Assembly: GCA_023515795.1 (NCBI GenBank)
Contig: JALGPX010000002.1
Coordinates: 1 to 64,000 of the forward strand
From: Amoeboaphelidium occidentale
Taxonomy: Eukaryota
Direction of reading: 5' to 3'
Length of the DNA stretch: 64,000 nt
The position numbers were made by a program, and so were the translations under genes. The notes beneath the pieces are model-generated. The model did not search any database and had not been told where the DNA came from. It saw only the letters and a program-made list of their open reading frames with translations. This document shows, piece after piece, positions 1-9,817 of the stretch. How positions within the stretch are numbered: position 1 is the stretch's first letter; each line of letters begins with the position of its first letter.

Positions 1-700
1 ACGGACGAACATTTTAGGAATGAAACATTTGTGGCGGCAAGCGCCTCAGGTGGAATTTCGCACTTTCCTAAAACGGCATCGGGAATGATCTGCAAACAAG
101 CCAGCCTGTTGGTGGAAGAATGCAAGCGGGAATTCCATTGCCATAAGACGAAGTGGTTGTCAAAAAGATGTTGTTTATTGTTCCAGATCAGATGATACTT
201 TGCGTATTGCGTCCAGGCTCTAAATTATAACTTTCTTTTTCCAGCTTTCTCTCAAAGCGTTGGCTATCTGCGCTGCAATATTATTGAACTCCGAATCTAG
301 GGTTTTCATAGTGGTATTTGCATTCCATGCATTGCCAAAAGCTTACCCACCCGGCTAAGGTCATTAAAATCTTTAGCAATAAGAGTTAGTTTCTTTAGCA
401 CAGTATTGACTTCCAGCCCTTCTGCTAATTCTTTTGCGCCAACACCACTGATCCAATTTCGGGACAAGGCCAGTTCTAGAAGGTTTGTATTCTCTTTTAA
501 CAACTTTATCTGTCAAGACGACTTTGTTTCTATTATGCAAAGGCATACATCTGCCAAAAGCGTGTTTGGGCTGGAATCCAAATTCAATTTATCATGATTT
601 AACTCTGTCATAAGGGTGAATCTGAGTGTCTGAAAGAAAAACGTTTGGTAGCCGTCTTGAAAGTTTGACCTTTCAGCGTTTAACCTCTTACGGTGTGCGA
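1..700 (-). pseudogene. RNI-like leucine-rich-repeat gene fragment, probably degraded
   Basis: Translates to LKENTNLLELALSRNWISGVGAKELAEGLEVNTVLKKLTL, an RNI-type LRR. A 39-nt GTATGC..TGACAG intron lies upstream and a GTAAGC..CCCTAG intron downstream. The frames beyond these hit stops, and I found no clean start. Confidence 0.4.
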
Positions 701-849
701 CCTATATTTTTCAGATAAGCCGTTTATGCTTGGAGATCATCTTCGTGTGAACACAACTGTAAATTTTACGTGAGACCAAACGCCACAATGATCGTCTACT
801 CACGCATGAGATCTGCAATGTACATTCCATAAGCCTTCTTTCCTGTGAA

Positions 850-1372
850 ATGAAAAAATTCCTAGCAGAAGATCCTAACGAAATCCTTGCAATCGTCATT
901 GCATTGTTCAAGTCATGTGTTCTGTTTTTTGTGCTATGCTTTGCGTTCTTTGTAACCACCATAGTCATCTTGTTCCTATGCGGTGGATTATGCCTTTTCT
1001 TCCCAGTGGATATTCGTAATTATTCGTGAATTCTTAAACTCTAATGTTTGTATAGTTGTCCAACTTGCAGTACTGTTTGTTGTTTGCTGGATAGGGATGG
1101 AGACATTACGCTTGATCTGGGCAAGGCCGTTACAAGAAAGATTGCAATGGATTTTCACAGCGATCTTGATGTTCGCGTTCCCTGTTCCATTGTACCTTGA
1201 TATGGCACCGCATTTTATGTTGGTTTGGAAAGGCATGACATGGGGAATTGGTGCCTCATGCGCTATTCATGCTGCAAAGGTCAGCATACAAAACAGTCGT
1301 GAAATGAAAAAGTTGACTGCAAATGCTGCTCCAATGACGGATATCAAAGTTGCTCAGGTAGCTAATAAATAA
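850..1372 (+). CDS. Orphan multi-pass membrane protein (about 160 aa, 1 intron)
   Basis: ATG at 850 opens a hydrophobic exon (MKKFLAEDPNEILAIVIALFKSCVLFFVLCFAFF...). A ~40-nt GTAATT..GTATAG intron joins it in frame to ORF 983-1372, which has further hydrophobic segments. Confidence 0.55.
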
Positions 1373-1536
1373 ATGAACTCCAAATTTCATTCTTTTTTAT
1401 ATTCTATTAATTTTACTGCANNNNNNNNNNNNNNGCAAATGCTGCTCCAATGACTGATATCAAAGTTGCTCAGGTAGCTAATAAATAAATGAACTCCAAA
1501 TTTCATTCTTTTTTATATTCTATTAATTTTACTGCA
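1319..1536. repeat. Direct duplicate flanking an N-gap (probable unmerged alleles)
   Basis: 1319-1420 vs 1435-1536; one difference, G1339/T1455. Confidence 0.9.
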
Positions 1537-1781
1537 CCATTAAAAACCCAGTGGGAAAAGGTTTGCAGTTTGTTACAAGTTTAATTCTTGCGGGGACCCT
1601 TGCCTTTCGGATCATCTCTAGAAATATCTTTTCTGGGTTTGTCGCTGGGAGTAGCAACTGCAGGTTCTTTAGATGGCTCTCTCACGTGGATGCGCACAAC
1701 AGCTTCAATAGGTGTGTGGTCCCAAACCCAAGAAACCCTATTAGGCAAATTATCATTTATACCCCAGCGACATCGATTGAT

Positions 1782-2519
1782 TCAGTTAGGATTCGAATTG
1801 TAATCGGAGAAGGCGTTTCCGGAATACAATGAGCCGCCGTCAAAGCAAAAACCTGATCCCTGTGAGCAGTCAGGTATCAGTAAAGGCATAGGAGAGCGTT
1901 CGAATGCAATTAGCGGAAGTACTAAATTTGCTGAAAAATCCTTACAACTCCAAGATTTTCTGAAGTTTGTAACAAATTCTTCTTGTCCGAAATCCCCAGA
2001 TGCTAGAATATAACCTTTGGGAGCCGAAGAAACACTCCACGAGTGGACATGAATTTTGCGAAACACATTTGCGATCAAATCTGAAACACCAAGACAAGTG
2101 AAAGCGTAGAAACATTCTTTTGATGTCCATTCGATATTTTTACACAGTTGCTTCCCGCAACCTTTGTCCATAATGTCTTTCAAAGCCTGTTTAATAGTCT
2201 CTCTGCTCGGTTTCTTGATATATCCTGGTTTAGACAAATAGCATCTGGCAATTTCGAGCTGCGTGATTTCCTGGGAAGATATCGGGCTCATCTTCAATCC
2301 ATTCTCAATAATTTTTACCATAAAATTTCGATGAGGTATCGACACAAAATGCTTGTCCAACGTGGCTAACGCATCTTTACAGGCCAGCACCATCGGCTCC
2401 GTACTTAACAAAGCAAAAAACCTTTGGACATCTTCTGGCCATGTAGCTGCGTCACTCGAGCTCTTATCATCATCTGATGTTGAATCCAAAGTCAACTTAT
2501 CAAGAGTTAAGTCTGCCAT
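1782..2519 (-). CDS. Hypothetical protein; 3' structure uncertain, possible frameshift
   Basis: 245-aa ATG-started ORF with no recognised domain. A different frame at 1826-1843 reads LTAAHC. Confidence 0.45.
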   Translation of the reverse strand: MADLTLDKLTLDSTSDDDKSSSDAATWPEDVQRFFALLSTEPMVLACKDALATLDKHFVSIPHRNFMVKIIENGLKMSPISSQEITQLEIARCYLSKPGYIKKPSRETIKQALKDIMDKGCGKQLCKNIEWTSKECFYAFTCLGVSDLIANVFRKIHVHSWSVSSAPKGYILASGDFGQEEFVTNFRKSWSCKDFSANLVLPLIAFERSPMPLLIPDCSQGSGFCFDGGSLYSGNAFSDYNSNPN

Positions 2520-2737
2520 GGCAGTGTTTATGAGTTTTAGGAAGAAAAAGTATGCTTTGATGACATAAATATGAAGCTAAGAGTAACAAAAATCGTCATA
2601 TGCAATAGTTAAATTTCATTAGTTCAAGATGATCCCGTCAGTGCACCATTGTAGTGAGGTTTGATTCTTGACGAAGTTGATTCGCTTAGAAACCCGTGTG
2701 ATCCAATCAAGACACTACGACTGTTCTTTCTTCTGCA

Positions 2738-3757
2738 ATGAGTGAAACGACGATTGAGAAGCAGCGCGTTCAGATAACCCTCCGTATTCCAGGATTGAAT
2801 AACCATGAAGACAAGCAGTTGAAGACATATTTGCAAGGATTCCTCTGGCAACGAGGTTTAGGTTGCCAGATAGAAAGGGTTCGTCACTCAGTTGATGACA
2901 ATGATGCTACCACTGTTGTGCTTTTTGAAGGGGCCAGTGGAGATGTTTACCAGGCAAAAAGAGACATGATCGGAGCATTGAGTAAAGACCTTCCTCAGGT
3001 TGTCATTCCTCTCGATGATAGTAACAGTACTGCGACTGAGAAAAACTGGTTCGTTGAACCATCGACTGAAGAACTTGCCGCAGCTTCTATCGTGAAAACT
3101 CAGGATGGAATAAGACGAGACAATTCTTCCGGTGTGGATGATAACATTGTTCCTATCGAGCTAGCAAAAATACAAGGTCGTGGATCATCAAGGAGTAGCA
3201 TTCTCAGCCATCTGCTGAAAGTTCCAGGAGTTTCTTCATTGTCAAGGGCGTTACAGCTTTCTGGAAAAATGAAAGAAGTTTTGGTTACTGTGTATTATAG
3301 GAACTGTTCAGTATCGTTCGATGCCGCCGCCAAAGACTGGAAAGCCTTTCTTGATACGTGCAGCAATAAGTTGAAAATTATGCTGCCCATCAAGAAAGTT
3401 TGGCATTCAGTTGATGATGGGTGGGCAGAAGTTTCTGACATTGAAGCTATCGTAAATGGGCACGTGTATCGCATAACCGCAGGGACTGATCCGGATCTAC
3501 CGTGTCCCTCGCAGCTTTCTCGATTCCCAGCATCTCAGGTGCCTGCGTTTGAATCCATGGAGGAGTTCTATAGTAGGCTGAAACCTTTATTGAGAAAAGA
3601 AGCAAGGGATAAATTGATCGAAAACATCCAGGAGATCTTCAACGAACAAGAAATTGGGGTCGAGATTTTACCAGATTTAACGGATGATGACCTGAAAGAA
3701 TATGGCTTAAAGCAAGGCGGACTGCGTAAGGCGGTGTTGAAGGCTCTTAGAAAATAG
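2738..3757 (+). CDS. Intronless protein with C-terminal SAM domain and probable central KHA/DCX-like ubiquitin-fold domain
   Basis: The C-terminus IQEIFNEQEIGVEILPDLTDDDLKEYGLKQGGLRKAVLKAL fits a SAM pattern. The middle segment DWKAFLDTCSNKLKI..IKKVW..AEVSDIEAIVNGHVYRIT resembles KHA/DCX-type domains. Confidence 0.7.
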   Translation: MSETTIEKQRVQITLRIPGLNNHEDKQLKTYLQGFLWQRGLGCQIERVRHSVDDNDATTVVLFEGASGDVYQAKRDMIGALSKDLPQVVIPLDDSNSTATEKNWFVEPSTEELAAASIVKTQDGIRRDNSSGVDDNIVPIELAKIQGRGSSRSSILSHLLKVPGVSSLSRALQLSGKMKEVLVTVYYRNCSVSFDAAAKDWKAFLDTCSNKLKIMLPIKKVWHSVDDGWAEVSDIEAIVNGHVYRITAGTDPDLPCPSQLSRFPASQVPAFESMEEFYSRLKPLLRKEARDKLIENIQEIFNEQEIGVEILPDLTDDDLKEYGLKQGGLRKAVLKALRK

Positions 3758-3896
3758 ATCAATTATTGCATTATCTCCTCCTTGAATCCTTGCGAATATG
3801 ACTTCAACTGCGTGCGATCACAGTTATTGAACCTTTCGCATCAACATCCACCTCGCGAAATCCCTAATTTAAAACTTTTATTGAAGTCCCTTGAAT

Positions 3897-5018
3897 TCAC
3901 TTCCTTATCCCTTTTCCTTTGATATCAGCTTCTTGTACAGCCTGTAAAAGTATCCTGTTCTTGTCTGTCTGCTTGTAATGCTCATGACCTTTGCTCCAGT
4001 CGTATGAACAAGCATACGCAAATATTCTTCCATCTCTGTTGAAGCATGTAGTGGATATTGGAGAGCCAGCATTATTGAATGACTTTAAGCGTTGTTTTGA
4101 ATCTTTGTCCCAATAGTTGAAAGTGCCATCAGAACCTGCAGTAGAAAATGTCCCAAAAGTAGGATGAAACGATATTGCATTGATAGCATAGACATTGTTA
4201 CCGTCTCTGTGACATCTGAATGAAAAGTTATCGCTCTGTTTCTTATCATCAATATACTGAATACTAACACGACCTTCAATAGAACCAATAGCAAAACCTG
4301 CCTGATTAGGAAAGTTTGAAATACACCGCGTCTGATATTTTAAGGATGATGTCATTCGTTTGAATTCTGTTTGAGGATTATTCAAGTTGAACACTGAAAT
4401 GTGCTTTTCCGCAGTTGCAACCGTTAACAATAACCCCTGAACATCCATCGCATAACATCGCTCAGGTAATTGAACAGTAGCCAATGGTGTATTTGCAGGT
4501 GCACGAGTATCCCAATACTTCAGAGTCTTATCCCAACTGCCAGTAACCAATACATTCTGCATAGGTGATCCTGTTGTCATATTGAAGAAATACGAAGATT
4601 TAATAGGAGCATCGTGTTCAGCATAAGGAATAGTTTGGCCTGTAGCGACATCTGTTAGTCGACCTTGTCTAGCTCCACCACCAGAGAACATTTTAGAACC
4701 ATCCTGCAATAATGAAAAGTTAAAAACTCAATAGAAGAAATCCATACCATTGCCCAAGCGCATGTCAACGCAGGTGCTTCCAAATTTATCTCCGTCTTTG
4801 GTACAGTTGTTCCATTTGGTTGTATCTCCCATACTTTCACTTTTCCATCCCAACTGGATGCTGCAAGCCAGTCAGTTGCAGGCGAAAAAGACATGCAGGA
4901 AACGCCATCTTCAGGAGGAGGAGAGACCTTTACAGGGAGGAATGATAAGAAGGGTTGGAAGCAGTAAAGAATTTACCTCGAAATCTTTCGGTTGATTATT
5001 GACTGTGCTGGAAAACAT
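3897..5018 (-). CDS. RAE1: mRNA export factor Rae1/Gle2 (WD40), 2 introns
   Basis: Motifs LVTGSWDKTLKYWD, LPERCY, SSLKYQTRC, GSIEGRV, FSFRCHR and IFAYACSYDWSKG. Spliced N-terminus reads MFSSTVNNQPKDFE|VSPPPEDGVS. Confidence 0.93.
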
Positions 5019-5200
5019 GGTCGAGCAAAGAAGAAAGAAAAGCACGAGCGATTGGAATCTGTTACGACAAGCTTTAGTGCTCAATTGAGCCCAGGCTGTA
5101 TGATATCACAGCACGTAACTTAATTCTTAGAGATCTTAACACTCCTTACCAAACCCTCCCAACAACTTGTCCCTCTCCTTTTCAATCAATCGACGAAGCG

Positions 5201-5761
5201 ATGGTATTCGAAGTGGTAAAATGGCAGAGGGTCATCAGAGAAAGAGGAGTCTGGGGCGCAGTTAAATCCTTCTGGCAATTTTCCGATATTAAACAGGGCA
5301 GACTCGTTGGCACCGATAAATTTGGTAACAAGTACTATGAGAATCTTAAAGATGAACCAATTCTGGGTACGTACTTGCCTGGCCATTCCCCAAAAAGGAC
5401 AAGATTACTGACTTTTAAATTTTGCTCTGTTTAGGAAGGGATCGATGGGTGGATTATAACCAGAAAATTTATCCAAGAGAGCCTTCATTTATTCCACCGG
5501 AATGGTAAAGTGATTCTCATAATTGATTGCTAATTCTGACTTCTGTTGGGTAGGCATGCTTGGATGCACAGAATGACGGATGTACCACCAAACCATGAGA
5601 ACGCATCTCTGCATTATGTTAAGAATCTGCCTGATTTTGTTCAGAAGGTTCACAATGAGAATTATACCGGATCAGCGAGAGCTTACAACCCATACTCAAC
5701 TGTAAAGCCAAAGTACGAAGCATGGGATTTTACAAAGAGTAAAGCAAATGATCGCAATTAA
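5201..5761 (+). CDS. NDUFA12: Complex I subunit NDUFA12, 2 introns
   Basis: Spliced product reads GRLVGTDKFGNKYYEN..G|RDRWVDY..IPPEW|HAWMH..NYTGS..AY.PYST.KPK..AW. Confidence 0.92.
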
Positions 5762-5801
5762 AAATTGTGAGTGGATCTTTCATAATAGATTCATTCCTTT
5801 A

Positions 5802-7061
5802 TTATAGTTTCTGTCTTGTTTCATCCGAAACCGCGCATACGACTTTACCGATGCTTCTGCCGGAGTGCAAATAATCCACAGCGTCATAAATGCTCTCAAT
5901 TCCTGATTTAGCATCAGACTGAACAATATCAACTTTGGCTTTTAGTTCATCTTTAGAAACCTCAGTGATCAAACGAGTCAATGCAGAAGGAATTTCTTTC
6001 CAGTAATGGTTCAAAAAGAAACCAGAAACAGTAACAGATTTTGAAAGTAAGTAACCAGTCTGAACTTGATCAGGAAACACGCTGTTCATATCAGACCCAC
6101 CATCACTATTGTAGTGGACAATTGNNNNNNNNNNNNNNNNAACTTTGGCTTTTAGTTCATCTTTAGAAACCTCAGTGATCAAACGAGTCAATGCAGCAGG
6201 AATTTCTTTCCAGTAATGGTTCAAAAAGAAACCAGAAACAGTAACAGATTTTGAGAGTAAGTAACCAGTCTGAACTTGATCAGGAAACACGCTGTTCATA
6301 TCAGACCCACCATCACTATTGTAGTGGACAATTGATCCAATAACCACTAGTCTACCTCTAACAGCCAATGCATTCAACAGAGTACGGAATACTTCACCAC
6401 CAATCGTTTCATAGACAACATCGACACCGTTAGGATACTCAGACTTTAGAACTGATTTCAGGTCTTGCTTCTTGTAGTTAATAACATGATCACAACCAAT
6501 TTGTTTCAAAAACTGCGACTTGTCTTCAGATGAACAAGTGCCAATAACAAATGCTCCTTTTGATTTCGCATACTGCACGACAATTTGGCCAAGACCTCCT
6601 GCAGCAGCTGTTACCAACACCTTCTCGCCCTGATTGATTACAATCTGGTCTAGACTCAGGTACGCTGTCAAACCAGAAACTAAGCAAACCAAATACTTTG
6701 GATCAGCAGTAGGAATAGGAATCAATGTTTTTTCTGAGGCTTTAACGTATTCTGCAAATGCGCCCTTCTCAATTGCCATAACAGCCTGACCAACATTCAG
6801 TTTCACATCAGAACCTTTAGCGTAAACAACACCCAAATACTCAAACCCAGCATCAAATGGAGGTTTACTAGTAGGATCGTATCTACCAGCAGAGAAGTTG
6901 ATGTCAGTTGCATTGATACCAACGTGGTGCACTTTGACCAAGACTTCTGTAGGGCCCAACTCTTTCTGCTGTTCTTCCAGACTGAATTCTTTAACCTCAA
7001 CAGCTTCTCTGAAGCTTGAAGATAATTTCGTTACAACGAGTTTCCTTGCTGATTTAGTCAT
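5802..7061 (-). CDS. NADPH quinone-oxidoreductase-type MDR enzyme (ZADH2/PTGR3-like); length inflated by an assembly duplication
   Basis: Motifs GINATDINFSAGRY, PPFDAGFE, VLVTAAAGGLGQ and YPNGVDVVYE. Ends in QKL. Confidence 0.88.
   Translation of the reverse strand: MTKSARKLVVTKLSSSFREAVEVKEFSLEEQQKELGPTEVLVKVHHVGINATDINFSAGRYDPTSKPPFDAGFEYLGVVYAKGSDVKLNVGQAVMAIEKGAFAEYVKASEKTLIPIPTADPKYLVCLVSGLTAYLSLDQIVINQGEKVLVTAAAGGLGQIVVQYAKSKGAFVIGTCSSEDKSQFLKQIGCDHVINYKKQDLKSVLKSEYPNGVDVVYETIGGEVFRTLLNALAVRGRLVVIGSIVHYNSDGGSDMNSVFPDQVQTGYLLSKSVTVSGFFLNHYWKEIPAALTRLITEVSKDELKAKVXXXXXXIVHYNSDGGSDMNSVFPDQVQTGYLLSKSVTVSGFFLNHYWKEIPSALTRLITEVSKDELKAKVDIVQSDAKSGIESIYDAVDYLHSGRSIGKVVCAVSDETRQKL
5931..6334. 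repeat. Direct duplicate flanking an N-gap
   Basis: 5931-6124 vs 6141-6334; differences A5987/C6197 (Ser/Ala) and A6045/G6255. Confidence 0.9.
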
Positions 7062-7213
7062 TGCTTTTGTTCACTGGAAAGAAAAGCGTGGCACGAAACG
7101 TCGCCTTTTATAGCAGCGTGGCTTACCAAACAATGATGTAAGCATTACGAAGTCGCACAAACTGAAGTAGCAAAAAAAGAAATTGGCTTTCGTAAGACTA
7201 ATTAATAAATTTA

Positions 7214-8383
7214 CTACTGAATAATTGCAGAGGGAATTGGAATCTTAACGAATACGATTCCAATTAGAGCACCCTTCGACATGAACATTACAAGACCTTG
7301 ATTCTGATTGTTGAATTTAGCCACTGCAACTTTACCACTCTGCTGTATCAAGTTTCCAATAGTTTTAAATCCTTCACTGTTGGGAGATTCTGGTCTTATT
7401 TGAACAATTGAGCATGATACTTTGTGAAGTCTCGCGATATTTCCAAACTCTGTAACACCTAGACGAGTCGGCAACAGTTGTAGCTTTTGAGGCCAGATGT
7501 TTATCAGTAGGTCAGATTCTAATATTCTATCACCAGAAACCACAATAACAGGTACAGTATGTTCTTTCTTCATGATTACAATCGATAAATGCGTCTTTAA
7601 AACTTGTTTGAGCTGCGATGGAGGATGTTGATGTTGTGGCAGCTGCTGTTGCTGTGACGATTGCCCTCTTGAGGCAGATACGTTGTGTGAGCTCATAGTA
7701 TTAGAACTAGACGGTAAAGAACCAGCATGAGGGCTCGACTTCAGAATAGTTGATATCTCTAAATCTGCCATTTTAAAGATGTACAAGTTGCTGTCAACGT
7801 GTTCTTCCAATGGCACAGACTTGTGTCGAACTTTTTCATAGAATTCAGACAATTCCTTAATTGGTCTGGAACTCATAAGAGAGAGCTTGACATTCTTTTG
7901 AGCTAAAACGCTTGATAACTCGGAAATGCTCAAGCCATCGTATTTCCCACTAGAGCTAAACGTATACGGAGACCACAGCTCTGGCAGGCAACTCGATATC
8001 AGAAAAGCATAACGTGAACAGACAGCGTGTCTACCAGAAACAGACTGAAGTAATGCTTCCCGATCATCAAACATGTCCACAGAGTCTAACAACCCATTAA
8101 AAACAGCACCTCTTCTGAATCGCCCTTTAAATTCCAGCTTCTGCAGACTCTTATAGAAAGTATTCGGATCTAAAATGAATGGATACTTGTTCGTTACAGT
8201 ATCTCCAGAATTAGAGCTCGAGAATTGAATCACAGAGAATGCAGAGCTGCCGTGTGGTTTCTTGCGCATTAATTTCAGAAAGGGAACCAAATAGGTCTCC
8301 AGAATAGCTTTAAAGAAGGTGCCGTTTGCTTCTGACGAGTCTATAAGAAGAAGCAGTTGAATATCTGCTCTTTGCATTTCCAT
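7214..8383 (-). CDS. MED25: Mediator subunit 25-like (N-terminal VWA plus C-terminal ACID/SPOC-like domain)
   Basis: N-terminal LLLLIDSSEANGTFFKAILETYLVPFL matches the MED25 VWA pattern. A Q/S-rich linker precedes WPQKLQLL, as in the MED25 ACID domain. Confidence 0.7.
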   Translation of the reverse strand: MEMQRADIQLLLLIDSSEANGTFFKAILETYLVPFLKLMRKKPHGSSAFSVIQFSSSNSGDTVTNKYPFILDPNTFYKSLQKLEFKGRFRRGAVFNGLLDSVDMFDDREALLQSVSGRHAVCSRYAFLISSCLPELWSPYTFSSSGKYDGLSISELSSVLAQKNVKLSLMSSRPIKELSEFYEKVRHKSVPLEEHVDSNLYIFKMADLEISTILKSSPHAGSLPSSSNTMSSHNVSASRGQSSQQQQLPQHQHPPSQLKQVLKTHLSIVIMKKEHTVPVIVVSGDRILESDLLINIWPQKLQLLPTRLGVTEFGNIARLHKVSCSIVQIRPESPNSEGFKTIGNLIQQSGKVAVAKFNNQNQGLVMFMSKGALIGIVFVKIPIPSAIIQ

Positions 8384-8448
8384 TTTCGATTGTTCCACGC
8401 TGACAAAAGTAACAAGACAATCGTTTCAGCGTTCTATTTCGTCGAATC

Positions 8449-9735
8449 TCAGTCAATGATATCATCAGCTAAACGATTCCTTCTCTCTTGCGTAGAATTC
8501 TGAGACGGGTGGAACGAAGAAACATCACTGTGTTCACTATCAGACTTTACACCACCTGGCCCAACTTCTTCATAGTCGCACTCATCTTCACTCAACAATG
8601 AGATTCCAGTTTCTTTTCTGTATTGCGTTAAAGATGTGAATTTACCAGCCTTCTTTGGCGTAGATGTTTCTGAGCGCGGTGTAGTTGCAAAATGCTTAAC
8701 ATTGTGTCTTGTGACTATTAAGTACAAACGATCGTAATCATCCGTGTCTCTGATAATTGTAGTATTAATTAAGCATAAGGAAGATCCAATTAAATCAGAA
8801 GCCTCTGTAGTTCCAACAGATTCAGGATGCACTAATATCAAGACATCATCCACACCAGATGCATCGCAGCATCTGTAACAGGCTATATCGCCCTCTTGAT
8901 CACCTTCTTCGCTCAACACATACAGACAAATACATGGAATTTTCTCTGAACTGTAAAGCGAAGGCAGATCTCTAATTGAAACTGATTTCATATTTGGATC
9001 CAATTCTCGTTTCAACACTTCCCAAGAAGGTCCAAAATTACGATGATTAGGAAGAATCTGAACAGAATTTCTTGATGATATTTTTGCATTTGTTCCCTGT
9101 GAAATATTCTGTAGATCGTCATCATCAAAGTCAATATCATCAACATTAACAACTTCAGGTGTTGGTCTCAAAGAATCATTCAAGCTATTGTTCAGCGATA
9201 TAATGCCAATATTCTCTTTAGCGACTGTAGCAACAACATCTTCTTCCAAAGACATAAACTGAACGCGCTTTGAAGATTTTGCGTTAGTTGGACGGGGATT
9301 TAGCACGGGCGCGGGAGCTTGAAACCGAACTGATTGCGACGGCTCTTGTTTCACTTGCGCATTACTCTTAGAGGGAATTGCGGGGCTTTTAAATCTAAAC
9401 TTGTCTAAAAGGCTCTGCTTTTTCGGCGTCTCGACCTTCGGCACAGTTTCCTTAGGCTGTTCATAAGTAGCGTTAATGAATGCATCAAGCTCTTCCAAAT
9501 TATCCATTCCGAAATCATCAAAGTCGTCACCGTTAACCCCATCGTCGTCATTATCGAAACCAGATATGCGTGGGACGCTCAAATCAGGGAATGAATCTTC
9601 AGGTGCAGGCTTATTAACTTCTTCTTCAGGGACAACTTTCTGCTCTGGAGCAGCAACGACAGGCTCTTCGATATTCCCAAAGTCCACATCGTCCATATCA
9701 TTAAAATTAAATTCATCCAAAATATCCAAATCCAT
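8449..9735 (-). CDS. HROB/MCM8IP-like OB-fold protein
   Basis: Acidic disordered N-terminus, then NFGPSWEVLK..KIPCICLYV..DASG..LVHP..IGSSLCL..YLIVTRHNVKHF. This parallels the HROB OB fold (KVP..DPTG..TVH..GSVLLL..YLNVTPNNLVHI). Confidence 0.6.
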   Translation of the reverse strand: MDLDILDEFNFNDMDDVDFGNIEEPVVAAPEQKVVPEEEVNKPAPEDSFPDLSVPRISGFDNDDDGVNGDDFDDFGMDNLEELDAFINATYEQPKETVPKVETPKKQSLLDKFRFKSPAIPSKSNAQVKQEPSQSVRFQAPAPVLNPRPTNAKSSKRVQFMSLEEDVVATVAKENIGIISLNNSLNDSLRPTPEVVNVDDIDFDDDDLQNISQGTNAKISSRNSVQILPNHRNFGPSWEVLKRELDPNMKSVSIRDLPSLYSSEKIPCICLYVLSEEGDQEGDIACYRCCDASGVDDVLILVHPESVGTTEASDLIGSSLCLINTTIIRDTDDYDRLYLIVTRHNVKHFATTPRSETSTPKKAGKFTSLTQYRKETGISLLSEDECDYEEVGPGGVKSDSEHSDVSSFHPSQNSTQERRNRLADDIID

Positions 9736-9799
9736 TTTTGCTATGCCTTCGAAGGAACCTGAAACAATGCGCAAAAAAAGCTCAGAGAATCTAAGGTCC

Positions 9800-9809
9800 T
9801 TTTTCGCGG
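9800..9809. promoter_or_regulatory. E2F/SBF-like element TTTTCGCG in the HROB-DOT1 divergent promoter
   Basis: TTTTTCGCGG sits in the 82-nt gap between ATGs at 9735(-) and 9818(+). Confidence 0.35.
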
Positions 9810-9817
9810 ATCATAAG

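Noticed and set aside
5931..6334. Apparent internal domain repeats in ZADH2, CDC73, XRN2 and the WD40 protein
   Set aside because: Each straddles an N-gap and is best explained as an assembly artefact.
9476..9817. Long Ser-rich N-terminal extension of DOT1 overlapping the opposite-strand gene
   Set aside because: It is the antisense shadow of the acidic HROB-like N-terminus; the ATG at 9818 is the more plausible start.
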